Of a stretch of 64,000 nt of DNA, positions 27,561 through 35,317 are shown in pieces. Position numbers and translations under genes: made by a program. This stretch comes from an uncultured Alphaproteobacteria bacterium. Lineage in GTDB: Bacteria > Pseudomonadota > Alphaproteobacteria > Micropepsales > Micropepsaceae. Location of the stretch: contig CADECX010000006.1 of assembly GCA_902825865.1 (NCBI GenBank), positions 48,742 to 112,741 of the forward strand. Direction: 5' to 3'. The notes beneath the pieces were generated by a model. That model made no database searches and was not told the origin of the DNA. It saw only the letters and a list, made by a program, of their open reading frames with translations. Positions within the stretch are counted from its first letter, which is position 1. Every line of letters starts with the position of its first letter.

Positions 27561-28381
27561 TGGCGGATCGCTTCGGCCAGGGCCAGAATGCGCCGGGCTT
27601 CCTCGGCGTGCAGACGCTCGATCATTTGCCCGTCCAGGGCGATGGCGCCCTTGCCGGGATTGTTCTCGAAAGCTTCGATGATGCGGCGCGCCTGAGCGAG
27701 GTCTTGCGGCGACGGCGCGAAGATACGGTTGCAGCTTTCGATCTGGCTGGGATGGATCAGGGTCTTGCCGTCGAAACCGAAGGCGCGTCCCTGGGCGCAG
27801 CTTTCGGCAAAGCCCGCAGGATCGGCGATATCGTTATAAGTGCCGTCGATCACGCTTGCGCCATGGGCCCGCGCCGCCAGCACGGTGGCGCTGAGCGCCG
27901 GCCACAAATTGCGCCGGTCGGGCAAGGGCTGAGCCCGCATGGACATGAGTAGATCGTTGGTGCCCAGGCATAGGCAGGCAGCCCCGCCGGCGGCGATAGC
28001 GGCGGCATTCAACACACCCAAGGGCGTCTCGATCATCGCCCATATAGGAAAGGAGGCCGGACCCGCGCCCATCACCGCCTCGATATCGGCGGCCTTCTCC
28101 ACTTTGGGCAGCAGGATCGCGTCCGGAGCAGCGGCGCGGACGGCGTTCAAATCGGCTTGGTGCCCTTGTGTACCGATCCCATTGATGCGCACCACGACGG
28201 TGCGTGCGCCAAAATTCCTGACCGCGGCACAGACCGCATCGCGCGCGGCGTCCTTGGCCTCAGGCGCAACCGAATCTTCAAGATCCAGCACCACCACATC
28301 GCACGGCAAATCCCGCGCCTTCTCCAACATTCGCGGGCTGGAGCCTGGGACAAAAAGAACGCTGCGGCGCGGGTTCTGCAA
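27557..28381 (-). CDS. HpcH/HpaI aldolase / citrate lyase beta (CitE)-like CoA ester lyase
   Basis: Family-typical blocks are RSVLFVPGSSPRMLEKA, VVLDLEDSV, VVRIN and IHPSQI. Confidence 0.85.
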   Translation of the reverse strand: MQNPRRSVLFVPGSSPRMLEKARDLPCDVVVLDLEDSVAPEAKDAARDAVCAAVRNFGARTVVVRINGIGTQGHQADLNAVRAAAPDAILLPKVEKAADIEAVMGAGPASFPIWAMIETPLGVLNAAAIAAGGAACLCLGTNDLLMSMRAQPLPDRRNLWPALSATVLAARAHGASVIDGTYNDIADPAGFAESCAQGRAFGFDGKTLIHPSQIESCNRIFAPSPQDLAQARRIIEAFENNPGKGAIALDGQMIERLHAEEARRILALAEAIRQ

Positions 28382-28389
28382 AAGCCGTC

Positions 28390-28680
28390 CTATTCGGCGG
28401 CTTCGACCAGCACGAATTCGCCATCGCTCACCGTCTGGCGGATGGCGCGGGCGGCGGTGTATTCGGGGGAATTGTAGCAGGCCAGCGCTTCTTCCATGGA
28501 GGGAAACTCGATGATCACATTGCGGGCGCGGGCCTTGCCTTCCAGAACTTCTGTCCTGCCGCCGCGCGCCAGGAACTTGGCTTGATGGCGCACAAAAGCC
28601 GGCCTAGCGGTCTCGACATAAGATTTGTAGGTTTCGGGATCGCGCACATCGACCCGAGCAATCCAATAAGCCTTTGCCAT
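28390..28680 (-). CDS. DUF1330 domain protein
   Basis: The 96-aa translation (MAKAYWIARVDVRDPETYKSY...EFPSMEEALACYNSPEY) is typical of DUF1330. It abuts the asd stop. Confidence 0.8.
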   Translation of the reverse strand: MAKAYWIARVDVRDPETYKSYVETARPAFVRHQAKFLARGGRTEVLEGKARARNVIIEFPSMEEALACYNSPEYTAARAIRQTVSDGEFVLVEAAE

Positions 28681-29700
28681 CTATGCAGCCCTCAATAAGT
28701 TGCGGTTGACAAGTGATTCGGCGATCTGCACCGCGTTCAGCGCGGCGCCTTTGCGCAGATTATCCGAGACGATCCAAAGATTCAGCCCGTTTTCCACCGT
28801 CGGATCCTTGCGGATGCGGCTGACAAAGGTTGCGTCTTCCCCAGCGCATTCGATGGGCGTGACATAGCCGCCGTCTTCGCGCTTATCCACCACCAGAATG
28901 CCCGGCGCGGCGCGCAAGGCGGCGCGGGCCTTTTCCGCCGTCACCGGCTTTTCGAACTCGATATTGACGGACTCGCTATGGCCGACAAACACCGGCACCC
29001 GCACGCAAGTGGCCGTGACCTGGATATCAGGGTCGAGAATTTTCTGGGTTTCAACCGCCATCTTCCATTCTTCCTTGGTGATGCCGGAATCCAGAAAGAC
29101 ATCGATATGGGGAATGACATTGAAAGCGATCTGCTTGGTGAACTTGCCCTGCTCGATCGGATCGGCGACGAACACCGCCCTGGTCTGGCGAAACAATTCG
29201 TCCATCGCTTCATTGCCCGCGCCCGAGACCGATTGGTAGGTCGAGACCACCACCCGCTTGATGGTGAACAGGTCGTGCAACGGCTTGAGCGCCACCACCA
29301 GCTGGGCGGTCGAGCAGTTGGGATTGGCGATGATGCCTTTGGGAATATCGTTGAGCGCGTCGGCATTGACCTCCGGCACCACCAGCGGCACCTGCCGGTC
29401 CATGCGCCAGGCGCTCGAATTGTCGATCACCATGCAGCCTTGCCCCGCGATCTTCGGCGCCCATTGCTTGGCGATCTCGCCGCCGGCGCTCATCAAGGCA
29501 ATATCGGTGCCCTTGAAATCGTAATAATCCAGCGCCTTCACTTTCAGGACGCCGTCGCCGAAGGAGACTTCGCTTCCCACAGAGCGGGTCGAGGCCAGGG
29601 CTACGACTTCACTGATGGGGAACTGGCGCTCGACCAGGACCTTGAGCATCTCCCGGCCGACATTGCCGGTTGCGCCGATCACCGCGACTTTATAGGCCAT
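28681..29700 (-). CDS. asd: Aspartate-semialdehyde dehydrogenase
   Basis: The NAD(P)-binding motif is VAVIGATGNVGREM. The active-site context is IANPNCSTAQLVVALKPL. The block SVSGAG is present. Confidence 0.95.
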   Translation of the reverse strand: MAYKVAVIGATGNVGREMLKVLVERQFPISEVVALASTRSVGSEVSFGDGVLKVKALDYYDFKGTDIALMSAGGEIAKQWAPKIAGQGCMVIDNSSAWRMDRQVPLVVPEVNADALNDIPKGIIANPNCSTAQLVVALKPLHDLFTIKRVVVSTYQSVSGAGNEAMDELFRQTRAVFVADPIEQGKFTKQIAFNVIPHIDVFLDSGITKEEWKMAVETQKILDPDIQVTATCVRVPVFVGHSESVNIEFEKPVTAEKARAALRAAPGILVVDKREDGGYVTPIECAGEDATFVSRIRKDPTVENGLNLWIVSDNLRKGAALNAVQIAESLVNRNLLRAA

Positions 29701-29783
29701 GAATCCCTGCTCCTGTGCGCGCCCGACGGGCGGGGCACCAATACTAAACTGCGGAGGTAGGGGAAAGGCCGGTTACGGGCCAG

Positions 29784-30092
29784 TTACTGGCCAGGACGCC
29801 ATTGCAGGATCAGCATCGGCCGGCCGCCATCCAAGCTGCCCTTTATGCTGGGCATATCGCTGGAACGCGGGGTGAAGGCTTCCCACTTGCCATCCTTGAC
29901 CCCCAAAGTCTGGGCGGCCTCCTCGGCATAGTTCATGGCATAGGGCTGGGGCTGGGTCTCGGCAACGCGCAGCGCTTTTTGATGGTCGGTGGGCCAGGCC
30001 GTGCTGCCGTCGGGAATGCGATATGGCGAAGCCGAGGCCGTGCCGGCGGCCGATACCGCAAATGCAAAAGCGAGGATCCCAAAGAGACGCAT
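29784..30092 (-). CDS. Small secreted hypothetical protein
   Basis: It starts at the ATG at 30092 (MRLFGILAFAFAVSAAGTASA/SP). Only this C-terminal ~102 codons of track ORF 29784..31142 looks protein-like. Confidence 0.55.
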   Translation of the reverse strand: MRLFGILAFAFAVSAAGTASASPYRIPDGSTAWPTDHQKALRVAETQPQPYAMNYAEEAAQTLGVKDGKWEAFTPRSSDMPSIKGSLDGGRPMLILQWRPGQ

Positions 30093-30230
30093 GTTACTCA
30101 AAACGTGCAAAAGCCATTCCCGTTTCATAAAGACAAAGGCAAGTTGGGAAAGTTCCTCCTTTCCAAAGGCTTGGCGGGCAGGAGGGGATAAGGTTAAGGT
30201 CGTTATCTGGGACGGCCGAAGAGGGTTTCG

Positions 30231-30830
30231 ATGAAAGCGATGAAATTGAGCGCCTGTGTGGCGGCTCTCAGTCTGGTTTTTTTGTCGGCCGCACAGGCCC
30301 GGGCGGTGTCTTCGGCCTGCGCCAGCGCGGCGGAAATCCACGCCATCCAGGTCACGGCGGTGCACCAGGAATTGACCGACGCGGCCTTGGCCTGCGGTCC
30401 CAAGGCCGTTTCCCTGTTCAACCGGTTTCAAACCCTCTTCAGCAAGGAACTGCGCCGCTCCGACGCCACCATGCTCAGCATGTTCAAGCGCATGAACGGC
30501 AACGCCCGCGGCAATGCCGCCTATGATTCGTTCAAGACCCGCACCATCGCGCGTGCCGAAATACGCCGAACCAAGCCGGGCGCCCATGACAATTTCTGCC
30601 GCACGGCCGAACTGGTGTTTGCCGCCGCCTTGGCGCCTGACAAGCCGATCCTGGAGGATTTTGTCTCCGGCGTGCCGGTGAACGAAACCTCGCCGGTGGA
30701 CAGTTGCGAGATCAAGGTGGTCGTGGCGCTGCAGGGCGTACAGGCGGGGCCGGACATTATGCCGACACCCCGTCCGGACCTGCCGAGCGATGGGGGTTCC
30801 GTTCCCGTTTCCGCCGCGGTTCCGAGGTAA
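30231..30830 (+). CDS. Secreted Cys-containing hypothetical protein
   Basis: It has a signal peptide (MKLSACVAALSLVFLSAAQARA), six Cys residues and a Pro-rich tail. It is divergent from the preceding small gene. Confidence 0.6.
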   Translation: MKAMKLSACVAALSLVFLSAAQARAVSSACASAAEIHAIQVTAVHQELTDAALACGPKAVSLFNRFQTLFSKELRRSDATMLSMFKRMNGNARGNAAYDSFKTRTIARAEIRRTKPGAHDNFCRTAELVFAAALAPDKPILEDFVSGVPVNETSPVDSCEIKVVVALQGVQAGPDIMPTPRPDLPSDGGSVPVSAAVPR

Positions 30831-30835
30831 TTTTT

Positions 30836-31390
30836 TCAATTCACCCCCATCCGTCGCAGCTCGGGGTGAGGAGCGGCGCGCGTAGCGCGTGAGCAGGTCC
30901 AGTGGACCTGCGAGAGCGACGAACGCCGCAACGGCGCGCATCCAGGCGCGCCGTGAGGCCGGGACGGCGAAGTCGCGTTCGTACACTGTCGCTACTCGCC
31001 CTCGCTGCGCCGTTCGCGAGGCTTGGCCGCCTCGCTCACTCCCCCTTCCTGGTGCTTCGCACCGAAGGGGGAAGGGATCTTTCGGATGCTGCGGGGTGAG
31101 GAGTGGTTCGCCGAAGGCGAACGAAATGGTCCAGTGGACCATTTCGAGCGATGAACGCCGCGAGCTTGAGCGAGCGGCCGGACCGCTCGGCGGAATGCCT
31201 CGCTCGAGATTCCTGGATAATTTTGTGATCGCTAGCCGCGCATTTCGCGCGGCGACGATCTGCTAGGGCCATGACCCGCCTCCCCCTTAGCGTGCGCAAG
31301 CACGCCCAAAGGGGGAGGTGGCCGAGACGGGCGCCGCCGCAGGCGGCGTGATAGTCGAGGCCGGAGGGGGATCAAAAATAAAACAGCCCA
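30836..31390. repeat. Repeat-rich intergenic region: nested REP/MITE-like elements
   Basis: It contains an inverted copy of the 20929..21053 element, split by an insertion (ends at 30841..30866 and 31038..31096). It also contains two copies of a ~70-bp sub-repeat, GGGGTGAGGAG-hairpin-GGTCCAGTGGACC-GAGCGAYGAACGCCGC, at 30863..30932 and 31093..31163. A third family copy lies at 31270..31384 (CCTCCCCCTTAGCGTGCGCAAGCACGCCCAAAGGGGGAGG ... GGAGGGGGATCAAAAATAA). Confidence 0.7.
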
Positions 31391-31425
31391 AAAACAAAAA
31401 GGGCGGACCGTGAGGTCCGCCCTTT
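31391..31425 (-). terminator. Rho-independent terminator of the ompA-family gene
   Basis: The stem GGGCGGACC / GGTCCGCCC is followed by a T-run on the minus strand (CCCTTTTTGTTTTT). Confidence 0.75.
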
Positions 31426-31445
31426 CTGATTCAGTCTTGGGCTGA

Positions 31446-32510
31446 TCAGCCGCCCAGGTCGATAACCGCGCGGCGGTTCTTGGGCTCGCGCACACCGGGA
31501 CCGGTGGGCACCAGCGGATCGTGGAAGCTCTTGCCCTCGATCGCGATGGAGTCGTTGCCCAGACCCTGACGGACCATTTCGTCCTTCACGGTATTGGCGC
31601 GACGGATGGAAAGCGCCTGGTTGTAGCGGTCCGAACCGACGGTGTCGGTGTGGCCGGTGACCATGATGCGGACGGAGCCCAGCGTCTTGGCCGCAGACAC
31701 AGCCTCGGTGACCGTGCTCTGCGCTTCCGCGGTGAGGTCCGACTTATCGAAGTCGAAGAAGACGATGTACGTCTTCGCCGGCGGCGGAGGCGGAGGCGGC
31801 GGAGGAGGCGGAGGAGGCGGCGGAGGAGGAGGCGGAGGCGGCGGAGGCGGCGGGGGCGGCGGGGGCGGGGGCGTCAGGAACCAACGCAGGCCGACCATCA
31901 CCACATTCTCCTGAATCGTGGAAACGTGGATGGGTGAAATCTGGGTGAAGGATGAAGCGAAGTTGTGATCCGTCTCATTCTGGCGATAGCGATACTCGCC
32001 GAACAGATCCACATCGGGCGAAACGCTGACCGCGAGGCCGGCAATCGCCTGCCACTGGAATGCGCTGGTGCCGCCGCGGAAGATATCGAGGCTCGTGCCG
32101 TTGACGCGCAGCGCGCCGCGAACACCACCGATACCGACACCGCCGCCGACCGTGAACTTCCACGTGTCGCTCAGCGGGAAATCGTACGCCAGGTTGAGCA
32201 TGCTGGAGGTGATCTGGTTGCCACCGGTGGCGCCGGTGATCGACAGATCATGCTGGGTAAAGGCCAGCTCGTTTTCCAGGCGCCAGCCCGTCCCGGCCCA
32301 TTTGTAGCCGATGGCGATCGCGCCGAGGAAATTGTCGTTGGCACTGGTCTTCGTGTTGAAGAGCCCGGGAGCCGGCACGGACGTGCCGCGAATTCCAGGT
32401 TGGTTGTCCCAGCCGCCACCCAGACCCAGATACCAGCCGTCGCCGGCCATGGCAGGTGTGCTGAGAGCCACGGCGGCAACAGTCGCCAAGGCGAGCAAAC
32501 GAAGTTTCAT
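31446..32510 (-). CDS. OmpA-family outer-membrane protein (N-terminal beta-barrel, poly-Pro hinge, C-terminal OmpA/peptidoglycan-binding domain)
   Basis: It has a signal peptide (…STPAMA/GD) and a beta-barrel half. A run of 31 Pro follows, then TGHTDTVGSDRYNQALSIRRANTV, which is the OmpA_C signature. Confidence 0.92.
   Translation of the reverse strand: MKLRLLALATVAAVALSTPAMAGDGWYLGLGGGWDNQPGIRGTSVPAPGLFNTKTSANDNFLGAIAIGYKWAGTGWRLENELAFTQHDLSITGATGGNQITSSMLNLAYDFPLSDTWKFTVGGGVGIGGVRGALRVNGTSLDIFRGGTSAFQWQAIAGLAVSVSPDVDLFGEYRYRQNETDHNFASSFTQISPIHVSTIQENVVMVGLRWFLTPPPPPPPPPPPPPPPPPPPPPPPPPPPPPPPAKTYIVFFDFDKSDLTAEAQSTVTEAVSAAKTLGSVRIMVTGHTDTVGSDRYNQALSIRRANTVKDEMVRQGLGNDSIAIEGKSFHDPLVPTGPGVREPKNRRAVIDLGG
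31779..31871 (-). repeat. 93-nt CCN (Pro) codon run inside the ompA-family gene
   Basis: I counted the codons directly. There are 31 consecutive CCN codons on the minus strand, which read as GGN on the plus strand. Confidence 0.9.
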
Positions 32511-32846
32511 GTTTTTACCCTCGCTGAAAATACATCGAGGCAGGGTAGCCCCCCGCCTGATCCCGTCTATTCACTATGTTGCTTATAACGTTGGTTCCCC
32601 CAAAAGTCTCCAACGCAAATGCTGCTCTGCGGCAGAAAAATGCTCGTTTTCCAAGGTTTTATTCAGGCCCTGTGCCTCGCTGGCAACAGTCGAAAATGCG
32701 AATTGTTCCACTGGTATAGTCGCCGATTTCTGACAGTTTTTCAGCGGCGAGCGGGGTTCTACCCCCACCAGGCGGAGGGGGGTTGCGTATTTTGTTCTGT
32801 AATATCAAATGGATACAAGAAGATCCAGTGTCGAAATGGGGCGCAA

Positions 32847-33713
32847 ATGCTTGAAACTGCCTTGACCCGGCTGCTGGCTTTGCTGGACCTGGAAATGATC
32901 GACGAGAATGTCTTTGTCGGGCTTTCGCCGGACGAGTCGGTCCAGCGCGTGTTCGGTGGTCAGGTTTTGGCCCAGGCGCTGGTGGCCGCGATGCGCACCG
33001 TGGGACCGGCACGGCCCTGTCATTCCTTCCATGCCTATTTCCTGCGCCCCGGCGATCCCAAAATCCCGATCCAGTACCGGGTCGACCGCTCCCGTGACGG
33101 CGGCAGCTTTTCGGTCCGGCGCGTGGTCGCAGCTCAGCGCGACGCCCAGATTTTCATCCTGGCGGCTTCTTTTCAGAAAGAGGAAGACGGGTTCGAGCAT
33201 CAATCCTCGATGCCGCTGGTGCCCGATCCGGAATCGCTGGAAGACGAACAACAGGTTCTTCTGCGCGATCCCGATCTTCGGCCCGACATCCGCAAATGGG
33301 TCGCGCGCGAACGCCCGTTTGAGATTCGCTCGGTCTTGGGAAGCGGCTTGCTGGGAAATTCGGGCGACCGGCCGGCGCGGCCGGCGGTCGATCACATCTG
33401 GCTCAAGACGCGAGGAGCGGTGTCGGACGATGGCGACATCCATCGCGCGCTTCTGGCCTATGTCTCCGACATGTCTTTGCTGGACACCGCGTTCCTGCCT
33501 CATGGCAAGAGCATCTTCTCCGACATGCAGGTGGCGAGCCTGGACCATGCCATGTGGTTCCATCGTCCGTTCCGTGCCGATGACTGGCTGCTCTACGCCC
33601 AGGACAGTCCTTCTGCCTCTGGCGCGCGTGGCTTCAGCCGCGGCGCCCTATATCGGCGTGACGGGACATTGGTGGCATCGGTTGCGCAAGAGGGCCTTAT
33701 CCGGCCGCGCTAA
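32847..33713 (+). CDS. tesB: Acyl-CoA thioesterase II
   Basis: It starts at the ATG at 32847 (MLETALTRLLALLDLEMIDENVF). The blocks VFGGQVLAQAL, HSFHAYFLRPGD and the second hot-dog half ending QEGLIRPR are present. Confidence 0.88.
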   Translation: MLETALTRLLALLDLEMIDENVFVGLSPDESVQRVFGGQVLAQALVAAMRTVGPARPCHSFHAYFLRPGDPKIPIQYRVDRSRDGGSFSVRRVVAAQRDAQIFILAASFQKEEDGFEHQSSMPLVPDPESLEDEQQVLLRDPDLRPDIRKWVARERPFEIRSVLGSGLLGNSGDRPARPAVDHIWLKTRGAVSDDGDIHRALLAYVSDMSLLDTAFLPHGKSIFSDMQVASLDHAMWFHRPFRADDWLLYAQDSPSASGARGFSRGALYRRDGTLVASVAQEGLIRPR

Positions 33714-33737
33714 CCCGTCACGTCGATTTTATTTTAT

Positions 33738-33820
33738 TGGCGCGCGTTCGCGCGTCGGGGCGGCGTGACGGGACGTTGGCAGCGTCGGTAACGCAGGAAG
33801 AGCTTATCCGGCCACGCTGA
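33738..33820 (+). repeat. Relic copy of the tesB 3' end, abutting the first Tad gene
   Basis: 33761..33820 reads RRDGTLAASVTQEELIRPR*, against the true end 33654..33713, RRDGTLVASVAQEGLIRPR*. There are 12 differences in 60 nt, and 6 of the 9 changed sense codons are synonymous. The shared GGCGCGCGT further upstream suggests a longer relic with an internal deletion. Confidence 0.7.
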
Positions 33821-34465
33821 TCAGGGGCAGCCGCCGGTGGGCGCCGCAAGCTGCTGGACGCGGCGCGGCTTGGCGTAGAAATTGTTGGTGAAATTGATCG
33901 GCCCGGTGATCACCTTGGTGGTGGGCGAGGCGTAGCTATAGGCGATTTCGGCAATAATAACGCTGCCGTTTTCGGTCATCAAAGGTTGCGGCAAGGTCAC
34001 GGTTTCATTCGCGGCGCGCGTCGCCGGGGTCAAGGTGCCCGAACCGGTCTGGGTGCAGGTCCAGGCCACTTTTCCGGTCAGTTTATTTCCATTGGCGGCG
34101 CCGCTGCCGTCATCGTTGACAGCGGTGATACGGATGGTCGGCTTCTGCGATCCGATCGTCCCCGGATCGTAATAGGGATAGAGCACCGTTCCGGCGGCGG
34201 AATAGATATTGCTGAGGTCAGCCGTGCTGGCGGTATTGGCCTGGGCGATCAGATCGCCCGCCGTGGCCGCCATCAGCGAGACGTCGGACCGGCAAATCAG
34301 AGCCATGGAGCTTTCCACCACACCGAAAAACAAAGTGATCATGACGGGCAGCAGCAGGGCGAATTCCACCGCCGCGGTGCCGTCCGTATTGGCGGCGCCC
34401 CGCGCGGTCTTGCGCGCCCGGCTCCAGATTGTGACCTTGCGGATGGCGCGCGGCATGCTCAGCAT
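33821..34465 (-). CDS. TadE/TadF-like pseudopilin (Flp pilus assembly)
   Basis: The TadE N-terminal motif is GTAAVEFALLLPVMITLFFGVVE. Its start overlaps the stop of the upstream gene. Confidence 0.8.
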   Translation of the reverse strand: MLSMPRAIRKVTIWSRARKTARGAANTDGTAAVEFALLLPVMITLFFGVVESSMALICRSDVSLMAATAGDLIAQANTASTADLSNIYSAAGTVLYPYYDPGTIGSQKPTIRITAVNDDGSGAANGNKLTGKVAWTCTQTGSGTLTPATRAANETVTLPQPLMTENGSVIIAEIAYSYASPTTKVITGPINFTNNFYAKPRRVQQLAAPTGGCP

Positions 34466-35061
34466 CCTCCCACATTATTGACATAGGGCTCGTTGCGGAA
34501 CGCCGCGGCGGTGGCCAGCAGATGATTCTGGCCGTTCATATTGGCCAGGAAGAAACTCAAGCCGGGCGTAAAGACGGGCCAGCGATAGAAGGCGCGCACC
34601 AGCACCACATCGCAGGCGGCGCCGGTGTTGAAATCGGTCAAATTGGGCAAGGTACCAGCATTGAGCGGCGAGCCGTTGCTCACGCCGCCGAAGCCGCCGG
34701 TATAGGCCTTCACATCGAATTGCAGATCGCTATTGCCGTTGACGTCCTTCTCGCAGGTTTTCAACAGCGTTTTGACTTCATCGCAAATCTGCTTGCGAAA
34801 CTGGTCGGCTGTCATCCCCAGGCAATTGTTGTTGGCGTCCTTGGTGAAGCACGCGCTCTGGCCGGTCTTCACAAGCCGCGCGGTATCGTTCACGGCATTC
34901 TGCAAGGCGGACTGGGCAAAGAAAATCACGCCCGTCTCGATGGTCGCCATCATCATCAGAAGGAAGACGGGCGCGATCATCGTGAATTCGATCGCCACCG
35001 AACCCTTGGTGTCGGCGCGCATGCGCCGGAAAAAGCTTTGGAAGCGCGCGGAATTTATCAC
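34459..35061 (-). CDS. TadE-like pseudopilin (Flp pilus assembly)
   Basis: The motif is GSVAIEFTMIAPVFLLMMMATIETG. An alternative start at the MRADTKG codon is possible. Confidence 0.8.
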   Translation of the reverse strand: MINSARFQSFFRRMRADTKGSVAIEFTMIAPVFLLMMMATIETGVIFFAQSALQNAVNDTARLVKTGQSACFTKDANNNCLGMTADQFRKQICDEVKTLLKTCEKDVNGNSDLQFDVKAYTGGFGGVSNGSPLNAGTLPNLTDFNTGAACDVVLVRAFYRWPVFTPGLSFFLANMNGQNHLLATAAAFRNEPYVNNVGGC

Positions 35062-35317
35062 GTCGGTAGCCTCTTCGATCCGTGATTTTTAAAGCCGTGC
35101 CGCGCCGGAACGAAGCCAAACAGGGTTTCATGCTCAACGGGAAGTTAAGCACCTCATTACAGTCGTAACGCGGGGTAAAGGATTTCAGCCGGTTGGCCGC
35201 TTGCGTTAACGGTTCGAGGTTTTTCGTTAAGGATTGCGTTACTGGCTTTCGGGAAATCAACAGCATCTTCACGCCTTTCGGGGGAAACTGGCGGCTCGGA
35301 AAACGAGGGCCCGTCCC

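Noticed and set aside
29784-31142. A 452-aa minus-strand ORF spanning the repeat-rich intergenic region.
   Set aside because: Only the last ~102 codons, from the ATG at 30092, have a signal peptide and protein-like composition. The upstream part runs antisense through the 30231..30830 gene and through REP-like repeats.
31780-31872. A long GGN run on the plus strand, considered as a G-quadruplex or simple-sequence non-coding repeat.
   Set aside because: It is the antisense of an in-frame poly-proline hinge within a well-supported ompA-family CDS. G4 potential cannot be excluded, but it is not needed to explain the tract.
35062-35317. Additional CtrA boxes in the divergent tadE-like / tadG-like promoter region (TTAAGGATTGCGTTAC, TTAAGCACCTCATTAC).
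   Set aside because: The second half-sites are off by spacing or sequence. These are only partial matches.
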